Source of the DNA: Thecamonas trahens ATCC 50062
Taxonomy: Eukaryota > Protista > Apusomonadida
Assembly: GCF_000142905.1 (NCBI RefSeq)
Contig: NW_013657640.1
Location: forward strand, 274,343-338,342
Direction of reading: 5' to 3'
Length of the DNA stretch: 64,000 bases
This document shows, one piece after another, positions 1 to 8,948 of this stretch. Position numbers and translations under genes: made by a program. The notes under the pieces were generated by a model, which saw only the letters and a program-made list of their open reading frames with translations, searched no databases and was not told where the DNA came from. Within the stretch, counting starts at the first letter, position 1. Each line of letters starts with the position of its first letter.

Positions 1-1003
1 GGAAGATGGACTCGTCGTCGTGGACGCCGACGACGATGCGCGCGGCGTGCTCGCGCATACGAGTGAGGAGGCGGATGTGGCCGTCGTGGAAGAGGTCGAA
101 GCAGCCGACAGTGTATGCGGTGGTGAACTCGGGGGTGGCAGCCGGGCCTGCGCCCGAGCCGAACAGCTCGGTCGCCTGATGGACCGGCGACTGGAGCTTG
201 AGGCGCTCAAGCTCGGCCAGCGCCGAGGCCTTGCCGACCGACGAGGTGCGGACCTGGAACTTGTGGGCGAGCGAGGTGTGGGCCCAGCGGACAGAGAGGG
301 CGAGGCCGGCGAGGGCAAAGTAGGCGAGGAGGGTGAAGAGGTCAGCGGCACAGGAGAGGAAGAGAAAGGCGAGGCCGATCGAGTCGAGCTTCTCCTTGAC
401 CTTTGCCTCGATGGAGAAGCCGATCATGCCGCCGGCACCGCCATAGCGGGCGTAGCCGACGTCATCCGAGGGGCGGCTGGGGAAAAAGTCGATGACGCGG
501 ACGGCCATATCGACGACTTCGTAGCCAGTGAGGACGGCGAGGACGAGAAAGGCAGCAGCGCGAAGCGGGAGCGGAAAGGGAAGCTCGTTGACGTTGAGGA
601 GCATGGCAACAAAGCCGACACAGTTGACCAACTTGCCGACAAAGATGGAGAGAAAGGTGACGAGCGGATCATCGTCCTGATGCTTCTTTGTCTTGCGATC
701 TTGAGAGACAAGACCAGAGAGATGAGCGAGAAAAACATCATGCACAATGAGAGACAATGCCGAGAGCCAAGGCAGACCAAGGGCCATGCCCAGAATGAGG
801 GGAATAACCATGGCGAGACGAACGGCTTGGACAGTGACAGGCGAGTTGGGAACGATGGCAAGACCAAAGAGCGAGATAGCATTGCTCGGCAGCGATGCCA
901 TGGCTGCCTTGCAAGCCAGCGTTGTCGGCACATACACAACCTTGTCATACACCTGTACAGCAAGCCATAGAAATGGCCCAGACATGTGGTTGCTACCGGA
1001 CAT
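1..1003 (-). CDS. Membrane CDP-alcohol phosphotransferase-like domain fused to an HxGH cytidylyltransferase domain (3' end runs off the window)
   Basis: Manual translation of a minus-strand frame absent from the ORF track, from ATG 1003: MSGSNHMSGPFLWLAVQVYDKVVYVPT..., several hydrophobic helices, IEAKVKEKLDSIGLAFL, then AYTVGCFDLFHDGHIRLLTRMREHAARIVVGVHDDESIF (the classic GxFDxxHxGH...VGVxxD nucleotidyltransferase signature). No stop codon before base 1. Confidence 0.85.
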   Translation of the reverse strand, partial: MSGSNHMSGPFLWLAVQVYDKVVYVPTTLACKAAMASLPSNAISLFGLAIVPNSPVTVQAVRLAMVIPLILGMALGLPWLSALSLIVHDVFLAHLSGLVSQDRKTKKHQDDDPLVTFLSIFVGKLVNCVGFVAMLLNVNELPFPLPLRAAAFLVLAVLTGYEVVDMAVRVIDFFPSRPSDDVGYARYGGAGGMIGFSIEAKVKEKLDSIGLAFLFLSCAADLFTLLAYFALAGLALSVRWAHTSLAHKFQVRTSSVGKASALAELERLKLQSPVHQATELFGSGAGPAATPEFTTAYTVGCFDLFHDGHIRLLTRMREHAARIVVGVHDDESIF

Positions 1004-1246
1004 GGACAACGGAGGCTGTTGAGTGCGGTGTGCGGGGCTGGTGGTGCGGGGGTGTACCTGCGCGTGACGTTCGGTGGACGTTTGCGTGAGCGCAATGATT
1101 TCGGGTGAAAGTTTTTTTGGTTCAATTTTTTTCTGTGATGCCGCGGTGGGAGGAGACAGGAGGGGGGGGGGGCATGGGCGCGTGGTATCGGGTGGCATGA
1201 AGACGTCCTAACAAACATGTGCGTCTTTGCGTGCTGTGCTTACAAG

Positions 1247-1286
1247 GTGTGTGTGTGTGCGTGTGTGTGTGTGTTTGTGTGTGTGT
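1247..1286. repeat. Imperfect (GT)n microsatellite
   Basis: gtgtgtgt... tract in the intergenic region. Confidence 0.8.
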
Positions 1287-1505
1287 CGAGTAGAGAGATC
1301 TTGCGCGAACGTGGACATGAGGGGTTAGTACGCGGGCTCGACAGGTATGACGGCATCTGTGAGCATGGAGAATGTTACATACAATGACAAGAGCATGAAT
1401 GGCGTGCTGCATCGCATGGCCGATCCGCACCCGATGGCCGCACCGCCAAACAGCGCTAAATGCCTTCCACAACGACGCTCGACTCCAGTGCATCGCAGGC
1501 CGGCG

Positions 1506-4500
1506 CTAGCGCAGCGTGGTGATGATCGGCCAGACGAGGGCCGCGATAAAGACAAAGCACATGCAGATGTTGCCGACAAGAAAGGCGGCGTTGAGAATGC
1601 GTGACGAAGTCGAGCCGTGGACGGTGTTGACGATGCCGACGACAAGCATGAGCGAAACGGCGCACATCGCCGTGGCGCACGCCTCGATCCACGACGCCAG
1701 CGCAGACTTGTACGGCCAGAGCGCAAAGTGGACAACAAGGGCCAGAAGAAGGATACCAAGCATGGCAATCGAGGCAAAGGTAAAGTGCGGATCGTTGTCA
1801 AAGATGGCAATGGTGGCTACAAGGGCAAAGGTTAGCCGCCGGACGAGGACCACCACCTCGTACCACCGACAGCTCGGCCGGTAGCTTGCGCGCAGAAAGT
1901 CGAGCGCAATGTAGATCGGCGAGTGCTGGGTCCGCTCCTGGCGCGCGACGTAGATGATAGTGACAGCACCCGCAATGATAATGATGATTGTGGCGATGGC
2001 GACCTTGGCCATGCCGCCGTACTCACTGCTACCCACCTCGCACCTGATCCACGGCGCGACAAAGAGGAACCGCCCGGCCGAGAGCTCGTGCTGTGGGATT
2101 TCAGGGACGCACGCAAAGATCGAGAACGCGCGCGAGGCGGTGGGAAAGATGAAAAAGTAGGTGACCACCAGAAGCATCCGTAGCGCCCGTGCCTGCAGTC
2201 CGCGCACGTCGCGCATCTTCTGAGCGTCGACCACTCGCCGCGACGTCGGCCCGTGCTCCGAGTAGTGGCTCTGGCTGACGCAGAGAATGAAGCGGTGGCA
2301 AGTAAAGGCGGCGGCGACCGCTGCCATGAGCATGATTGGCAGCGAGAGAGTGAGATAGAACTGGTGCTCAAAGTCAAGGCCTGCACACGCCAGGCCGGTC
2401 ATCTGGACGCTCGACGCCTCGACGACGCTCGCCAGCGACTGGGCCACCTCGGTTGGGTCGATGTCATAGACGGCCACAATCGCCGCAAGCGACTGCAGGT
2501 ACACGATAAACGACTTGGAGACAGCTTCGACGTGCCTGCGCACCTCAGTCCGCCCCTGGTGACCGACCGATGTGCTCGTCATCCGCAGCGACCGCGGGCC
2601 ATCAAAGAGAACCGAGCTCGACCGTGGGCTCATGCCCTTGATCGCGTGTGTCTCGGCTGGGTCAGAGAGCGACGACGAGTCGGACGAGGTCGACGACCGA
2701 GCAGCAAGAAACAGCTGGGCGGTGTCGGCATGCGCGACGCCGCTGCGTCTCACTGCGGCGCGATACTCACGGATCCGATCGACGACCACGTAGAGCAGGA
2801 TGGAGAGGAGGCCGAGGCTGATGACCGCGAGCTCATAGTTGCGGCGGAGACCCATGACCGCCATAAGGCCTACGACGATAGCCTCAAACACAAAAAGCGC
2901 AACCTCGCGCCAGAGCCATGCCATCCATCGCAAGCCCTGCCGGAGCGCGTGACACTGCTCGATGCCCGAGATGGCGGCAAAGTTGAGCTGTTGAAGCGAG
3001 ACTCGCCGATCGGCCATGAGAACAAAGACAATGACCATGACCATACTGAAGAGCAAGATGCCGGCGGTGGCAACCAGCGACACCGACTTTCCGCTTGCCA
3101 AGCACCGCCGGCACTCACCCGCAGTGTCGGTAAAATACCCGTCAGCGCACCGGGAGCAGAGCCGGCCAGCATAGCCATCGGCGCACTGCGTGCCGTTGTG
3201 CCCGGGACACACCCTCTGCGCACGGACAAGTGAGTCACGGCAGGGGATAAAGACGTAGTCAATCTCGCGGTCGCGGCTCGTGCGGCGACAGCCCGAGTTG
3301 ATCGACATCTGGTAGCCAGGCCGGGCGATTGGGTGCGCGTCACCTCCCGGGCACACTGCGCCCTCAATCGCCGCACACGAGACGCATCCAGTAGCGTTGG
3401 CCCAAGCCCCGCACCGGAACGAGCCCTGCTGGCAGTGGCAGTCGCTGACGGCACCAGAGCCGGGAAGCGAGGTGGTGAGCGGCGGACAAGCGTCGCACTT
3501 GGGAACGCACATCGATCCAAAGTCGCCGTACGTGTTGCCCGGGCACTCGGTACAGAACGCGCGCAGGCCGCAGCCTGTCCTTCGCTGACCGGCCGGGCAG
3601 GTGTGCGCCTGGGCCGATGAGATGCGGAATGGCGAGCCCGGAATGGAGCGGAAGCCTTGGTCCGAAACGGGCGCGGACGTAAGCAAACGAAAAGTCGCGG
3701 CCGTCGGCCGGCGGGCGAGCGGAAAGGTAACAACCTGCATGCCGTTGCACTCGGCCATGGTTAGAGGCGAGGTGACACCGTCGATGACCACCGACGCCGT
3801 AGCGCTGGGATCGCCATCGGCCGGCGCAAGCCAGTTGCCGAACTCGTCAAAGATCATGACGCCGGCGGTGGCTGGTGCCGCCAGCTCGATCAGGGCTGTC
3901 GGGCTAAAGGTCCTGGGCAGCAGCGTGTTGCATGCACCGCAGCACGCGGCGTACGACATCTGGTGATTGGCAGGGCCAGGAGTTACCTCGATGGTGCGAG
4001 AACCCATCGCAAGCCTGGTGCCGTCTTTGGCGAGGACAAGGGTGAGGTTGTAAGTACCAGCCCGCGTGGGCGCGATGAGCGGCACCTTGTACGTACCCGA
4101 TGCGTACGAACCCTTGCCGAGAGTAAAGTTCGATCCGGGCAACAGGACCGGCGTTTCGGCCTCGACAGGCCACGACAGGAAGATTATGGTGGTTGACGCA
4201 ACCATGACCGACGATGGCGGACCAGACAAGGCCGTGGCGTTGTACAGGCACGGCGGGAGAGCGGGCGTCCAGTCATCGTCCATATCGCAGGTGACAACTG
4301 GCGCGAATGGCGGGAGTACGTAGTTGTCATCGCATGTGATGGCAAGTGACCACACACTGGTGTGGATCATTTCGGTCTTGCCGTGTGGGACGACATCCAC
4401 CGAAACGGAATTGCAACTGCAAGGAGGCGGCGGTGGTGGTGGAGGCGATGGAGGTGGCGGTGAAGGAGGTGGCGGCGGCGGCGAAGGAGGAGGCGGCGGC

Positions 4501-5894
4501 GATGGTGGTGGAGGCGATGGAGGTGGCGGCGAAGGAGGAGGCGGCGGCGAAGGAGGCGGCGGCGAAGGAGGAGGCGGCGATGGAGGAGGCGGCGATGGAG
4601 GAGGCGGCGATGGAGGAGGCGGCGAAGGAGGAGGCGGCGGCGATGGAGGTGGCGGTGGAGGTGGCGGCGATGGTGGCGGCGGCGGCGAAAGAGGTGGCGG
4701 CGGCGACGGAGAACCGACCAAGGCCACTGACTTGCTTGCGCTTGTACGGGCGGTCAGAAAAGGCCCTGACCTGGGTCGCAGCACATTCGAGGGAAAGTAG
4801 CGCGCACTCGACTGCCTATCAGCCACACTCGTTGGACTCTCACAGCTTGATCCGACCAGATCGCAAGCTATTGTGTACGTATCCCGGCTAGTGGGATGCG
4901 GAACAGCGATGACCGCCACTCCGAGCCTTGTGTCGAGCGCAAGCATACATCCACCTTTCAAAGAAGACGTCGACCACGACGCAGCCACCACATGTGTGCA
5001 CGATGTGCCCGAGTACGAGCACTTTGTGAGGTACGTGCTGCCATCGGCAGTGGTAGAAGCGATCACAACCTGCGAGTTAGAAGTATCGACCTGGAGCGAG
5101 CTCGACATCGAAGAAGAGACTACAATGCCCCCAGACACGTCTCTCCCAGTGCAACCTGTTCCAGCCAACGAGCACGAGTGAAAGTACAGCCGGTTATCAT
5201 CCGTGTTTCGGGCGGCGAAGACGAGCTTGCTGCCGGCGATGCCTGCAGATGGGAACAATCGATCCGAGATCGCGCTCTGCAGCGAGCATGAGTCGAGAGA
5301 GAGCGTGCATCGGTATATATAGACACGGGTGTCACCATTGTCTCTGTTTGCCAAGACAAACACTGTCGAGGCTAGCGGATGAACAGCAACAGACGAGTGT
5401 GAGGGAGGGTGGGCCTTGTCGAGCACGGCGGTGGCCTCACTGCTTGCCGACGTCATCCCACTCCTCATGATGGCCGTTCCATAGTAGTGAATACCACCAG
5501 ATGATTCGTCATACACAGAGAGCGAGACGTAGGCTTGAGACATGTACATGGCGATGTCCTGCACACCAAGGATGGTGAGACCGCCGGAGCGAGTAAAGTC
5601 CGCACCGGGAATTGGGACACCATCCGGCAACAATGGAACAAAACGAACTTGTCGTTGCGCAGAGCCATGGACACCCATGACCGCCCCACTTGCATCGTCA
5701 CGCGCGACAAAATAGTCATTGAGTTCTGGTTGGTATGCCTCTAGAGCATTCCTTCCGCTCTCGTGCGGCGACATCGCAGACGGCGTTGCAGCGACATCGC
5801 CGCGTTCGCCGGTGAGCAAAGCAGCAACGACGACGACGACGACGACAAACAGCAGACGGCACCAGTTTGCGCGAATGACTCTAGACCCAGCCAT
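1506..5894 (-). CDS. Large surface receptor-like protein: signal peptide, CxxxGxxC repeats, (SPPPP)n stalk, Sushi/CCP-like domain, Ig-like region, GCC2/GCC3-type Cys-rich repeats, multi-pass TM C-terminus
   Basis: Within ORF 1506..6155. Likely start MAGSRVIRANWCRLLFVVVVVVVAALL at 5894. Motifs CPAGQ..CTECPGNTY and CADGYAGRLCSRCADGYF, followed by about 8-10 hydrophobic segments. Confidence 0.85.
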   Translation of the reverse strand: MAGSRVIRANWCRLLFVVVVVVVAALLTGERGDVAATPSAMSPHESGRNALEAYQPELNDYFVARDDASGAVMGVHGSAQRQVRFVPLLPDGVPIPGADFTRSGGLTILGVQDIAMYMSQAYVSLSVYDESSGGIHYYGTAIMRSGMTSASSEATAVLDKAHPPSHSSVAVHPLASTVFVLANRDNGDTRVYIYRCTLSLDSCSLQSAISDRLFPSAGIAGSKLVFAARNTDDNRLYFHSCSLAGTGCTGRDVSGGIVVSSSMSSSLQVDTSNSQVVIASTTADGSTYLTKCSYSGTSCTHVVAASWSTSSLKGGCMLALDTRLGVAVIAVPHPTSRDTYTIACDLVGSSCESPTSVADRQSSARYFPSNVLRPRSGPFLTARTSASKSVALVGSPSPPPPLSPPPPPSPPPPPPPPSPPPPPSPPPPSPPPPSPPPPSPPPPSPPPPSPPPPPSPPPPSPPPPSPPPPPSPPPPPPSPPPPSPPPPPPPPCSCNSVSVDVVPHGKTEMIHTSVWSLAITCDDNYVLPPFAPVVTCDMDDDWTPALPPCLYNATALSGPPSSVMVASTTIIFLSWPVEAETPVLLPGSNFTLGKGSYASGTYKVPLIAPTRAGTYNLTLVLAKDGTRLAMGSRTIEVTPGPANHQMSYAACCGACNTLLPRTFSPTALIELAAPATAGVMIFDEFGNWLAPADGDPSATASVVIDGVTSPLTMAECNGMQVVTFPLARRPTAATFRLLTSAPVSDQGFRSIPGSPFRISSAQAHTCPAGQRRTGCGLRAFCTECPGNTYGDFGSMCVPKCDACPPLTTSLPGSGAVSDCHCQQGSFRCGAWANATGCVSCAAIEGAVCPGGDAHPIARPGYQMSINSGCRRTSRDREIDYVFIPCRDSLVRAQRVCPGHNGTQCADGYAGRLCSRCADGYFTDTAGECRRCLASGKSVSLVATAGILLFSMVMVIVFVLMADRRVSLQQLNFAAISGIEQCHALRQGLRWMAWLWREVALFVFEAIVVGLMAVMGLRRNYELAVISLGLLSILLYVVVDRIREYRAAVRRSGVAHADTAQLFLAARSSTSSDSSSLSDPAETHAIKGMSPRSSSVLFDGPRSLRMTSTSVGHQGRTEVRRHVEAVSKSFIVYLQSLAAIVAVYDIDPTEVAQSLASVVEASSVQMTGLACAGLDFEHQFYLTLSLPIMLMAAVAAAFTCHRFILCVSQSHYSEHGPTSRRVVDAQKMRDVRGLQARALRMLLVVTYFFIFPTASRAFSIFACVPEIPQHELSAGRFLFVAPWIRCEVGSSEYGGMAKVAIATIIIIIAGAVTIIYVARQERTQHSPIYIALDFLRASYRPSCRWYEVVVLVRRLTFALVATIAIFDNDPHFTFASIAMLGILLLALVVHFALWPYKSALASWIEACATAMCAVSLMLVVGIVNTVHGSTSSRILNAAFLVGNICMCFVFIAALVWPIITTLR
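4423..4708 (-). repeat. Coding Ser-Pro4/5 (extensin-like) tandem repeat
   Basis: GGCGGC/GGAGGA repeats on the + strand encode SPPPP(P) units on the - strand. Confidence 0.9.
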
Positions 5895-6127
5895 ATACAC
5901 CGGCATACTACCTACACACCAGGCAGACACTGTGTACGCAGGTGGAAGAGAGCTGGCCCCAAACCACAGCTTGTTCGGCGAGCCCTCGCTGAGCGGCCAC
6001 GGTGCAAGTCTGACGGACATTTTTGTGGCCATCCAACCCGTTGCGAGCTCTTCCCCTTCCGACCACCTCACCGTCCCACGGCAACGACGGCAAGGATCGC
6101 ATTCCGCCCCCACGCAACCCACCAACA

Positions 6128-8764
6128 ATGCTGTTAACGAGGACACGTCGCACATGTGCTTGGTGGGGCGTGGCTCTTGTCGTGGCTGCTATGTGTTTGC
6201 TCTCGGTAGTGGTCTCGGCTAATGTCGACCTCTCCCGCACTACCTTGGCTTTTCCGGACCGATTGAGACGCGAGACCAACTTTACGTATGGCCTATGGAG
6301 CGGGTCGCGGACGGTAGCGGTAGGCGTCCAACTGCGAGACGGCGACGGTACGCGTGTTGACAATGAGTTTGGCTTGGAGCCAGCCGATGTCGTTGTGGTC
6401 TTTCTCGGCGGATCTCACAGACCGTCGGTCAGCGTCGTGGCTTTCGACAACGACCGTAATGTCACCGACTACACCAGCGGCGCAGCGTTTGGCTTCAATC
6501 TGACCTTTCCCACCAACGCGCACTACTTTCTGAACGTCCAAGTCGCCAATGTGTCGATTGAGCCGGGAGAGACGGTGGTCATCCAGGCCTTTCTGCCGTG
6601 CGCGGCCGGCATGCGCGCCATGCACCGCGACGATCGCGGCGTCAACTCGCACGAGTTCACCTGCGCGGCGTGTCCCAAAGGCGAGTGGGCGCGAGTTGAC
6701 GAGAGTGAGTGCACGCCATGCAGTGGAGCTCATACGACTACTTTCGTTCCGCTGCCTGTCTCACAGGACGACTGCGAGTGCGCGCCGGGGTACTATAGGC
6801 TAGGACCGGCTGTTCTGGATTGCGTTGCCTGCCCCTCCGGCGCGATATGCCCTGGCCGCCATTACCCGCCGCGCGCCGAGCCGGGCTACTACCCGGGAAC
6901 AAAACCTCACACGTTTGTACGGTGCCGCAACGAGGCGGTCTGCCCCAATAACGCAACGCAGGAAACCGGGGGCTTTGAGTGTGCCGATGGCTACCGCAGT
7001 CGGCTCTGCTCGCGGTGCGCGAGCAACTGGTTCGTCAACTCGCACGGCGACTGTGAATGCTGCTCCGCGTCGGGCCGCAACGACGCGGTAACAGTAGTGC
7101 TTTCATCAGGGGTCGTCGGCATCGGCATCTTTGTCTTTATTGTCTACGTCCTTGCCAACCAGTCGGTGCGGCCGCGATCGTCGCTCCCGCCGCAGCACTA
7201 CCGCGGCCGGCTTGTGCTCAAGTGGGCGCAGCGGCTGTGGCGCGAGTTTCTGACGGTGGCATCGCTCTGCGCAGCGTTGTACGCACTGGTGGTGATGCGA
7301 GTGCTCGAGGTAATGCAACTGGCAGTCATGATCTTGCTGCTCATCCTCATCTCGACCTACATGGTGTTCTCGCGCGTGCTCCTTTTCCGTCGCCGGCGCC
7401 AACAGTCACACACATACATGCCAGCGGCTGCCTTGCCCGACGAGGAGCAGGAGATGCTCAACATCGGGTACCAGGCGTGGGACTCGCGATCGGGCTCGGG
7501 CTTGGGCTCGAGCTCGGGCTCGGGCCTGGGCTCGGACGTGGAATGCAAGACTGATGGGTTCACGCCGCCAGAGATTGATGATGGCTCGAGCAGGGGCAGG
7601 CGTGGCGCCGGCGATGGCGACGGTGTCGGCGAGGAGCGGGCATTTGGCAAGCGCGAGCACGCGACGGCGGTGGCCAAGTCATTTGTAGTGTACCTGCAGA
7701 CTGTGTCGACGGTGGTGAGCGTGTACAATGTGGACATGGCTCTTGCGCTGCGGCAGATGGGCTCGGTCGTGGCGGCGGCCAACATGCGGATGAACGGGCT
7801 GGCGTGCGCATGGGACGAGTTTGACTTTGTCGGCCCATACCTAGCCACAGTTGTGGCATGTCCGGCACTAATGATAGCAGTGGTAGTGGCATACTGCTTC
7901 CATGGCTGGCTACTCCGGCTGAGGCTGCCGCCGTATCAAGTGCCAGAGGCGTACATCCAGGAGCTGCGGCTGCTGCGGATCCGCGCGCTGCGGCTTGTGC
8001 TGATCATTGCATACTTTTTCATCTTTCCTATCTCGTCGCTCTCGTTTGACATGTTTGCCTGCATCGACGAGGGCAACGGGTCGGGCGCAACGTTCCTGGC
8101 GCGAGCGCCGTGGATCCGCTGTGGGACGACGGAGCACCAGCAGCTGTTGGCGGTGGCGACCACGTCGCTGATTGTGGTGTTTGGCGGCTCTTCGCTCGTC
8201 ATCTGGCGAGTGTATGCGCTGCGAAACGACTCGGAGGCCATCACCATCCGCGCGCTCAGCTTTCTCACCAACGGATATCGCGCCGGCGCCGGCGGGTACG
8301 AGGTGCTTGTGCTTGTGCGGCGACTGGTCTTTGCGCTTTTCGTGGCGCTCCTCTCCTACTCGCCCGAACTGCTCGGCGGAGCGCTTATGACGACACTCAT
8401 GGGCGCGTTTCTGGCGCACTTTGTGTTTTGGCCACTCAAATCGTCGCTCGCGTCCTGGATGGAGGCGACCGGTCTGGTCATGGCCATGTTCTCGCTCATG
8501 GCCATCGTCTCGATGTACCACAATTCGAGCAGCGAGACAAGCGCGATCCGCGCTAGCTCGGTCTCCACGCCGTCGACGACGCTCAAGCTGCTCTCGCTCA
8601 TTCTCATTCTTGGCAATGTAGCCCTAAGCATTGCCTTTATCACCGTCATGGTCGGGCCTGTCTTCCGCGACATGGTCGTCACCCGCAGTGGGCGGGGCCG
8701 CCAGCCCACCCGAGCCACCATCGACCGCACGCCACTCGTTCCTGATCCCGACCACATCCAATGA
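6128..8764 (+). CDS. Cys-rich multi-pass TM receptor-like protein, paralog of the upstream divergent gene
   Basis: Within ORF 6023..8764. Signal peptide MLLTRTRRTCAWWGVALVVAAMCLLSVVVSA. Shares CADGYRSRLCSRC, AKSFVVYLQ, YFFIFP, APWIRC and WPLKSSLASWMEA with the neighbour. Confidence 0.85.
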   Translation: MLLTRTRRTCAWWGVALVVAAMCLLSVVVSANVDLSRTTLAFPDRLRRETNFTYGLWSGSRTVAVGVQLRDGDGTRVDNEFGLEPADVVVVFLGGSHRPSVSVVAFDNDRNVTDYTSGAAFGFNLTFPTNAHYFLNVQVANVSIEPGETVVIQAFLPCAAGMRAMHRDDRGVNSHEFTCAACPKGEWARVDESECTPCSGAHTTTFVPLPVSQDDCECAPGYYRLGPAVLDCVACPSGAICPGRHYPPRAEPGYYPGTKPHTFVRCRNEAVCPNNATQETGGFECADGYRSRLCSRCASNWFVNSHGDCECCSASGRNDAVTVVLSSGVVGIGIFVFIVYVLANQSVRPRSSLPPQHYRGRLVLKWAQRLWREFLTVASLCAALYALVVMRVLEVMQLAVMILLLILISTYMVFSRVLLFRRRRQQSHTYMPAAALPDEEQEMLNIGYQAWDSRSGSGLGSSSGSGLGSDVECKTDGFTPPEIDDGSSRGRRGAGDGDGVGEERAFGKREHATAVAKSFVVYLQTVSTVVSVYNVDMALALRQMGSVVAAANMRMNGLACAWDEFDFVGPYLATVVACPALMIAVVVAYCFHGWLLRLRLPPYQVPEAYIQELRLLRIRALRLVLIIAYFFIFPISSLSFDMFACIDEGNGSGATFLARAPWIRCGTTEHQQLLAVATTSLIVVFGGSSLVIWRVYALRNDSEAITIRALSFLTNGYRAGAGGYEVLVLVRRLVFALFVALLSYSPELLGGALMTTLMGAFLAHFVFWPLKSSLASWMEATGLVMAMFSLMAIVSMYHNSSSETSAIRASSVSTPSTTLKLLSLILILGNVALSIAFITVMVGPVFRDMVVTRSGRGRQPTRATIDRTPLVPDPDHIQ

Positions 8765-8948
8765 CATGTAGTATGTACATAGTGAATGGTTATATGTGTG
8801 TATATGTATATATGTGTTTGTGTGTGTGTGCGTGAGTGTGTTGTGTTAGATGCGCGCGCGTTTTCGTCGTATTTTGGCGCAATCAGTAGCAAGGCCAAGT
8901 GCAAGACGGATATACCCGAGTCGGCCACCACTCGTCGCCGGACTCACC

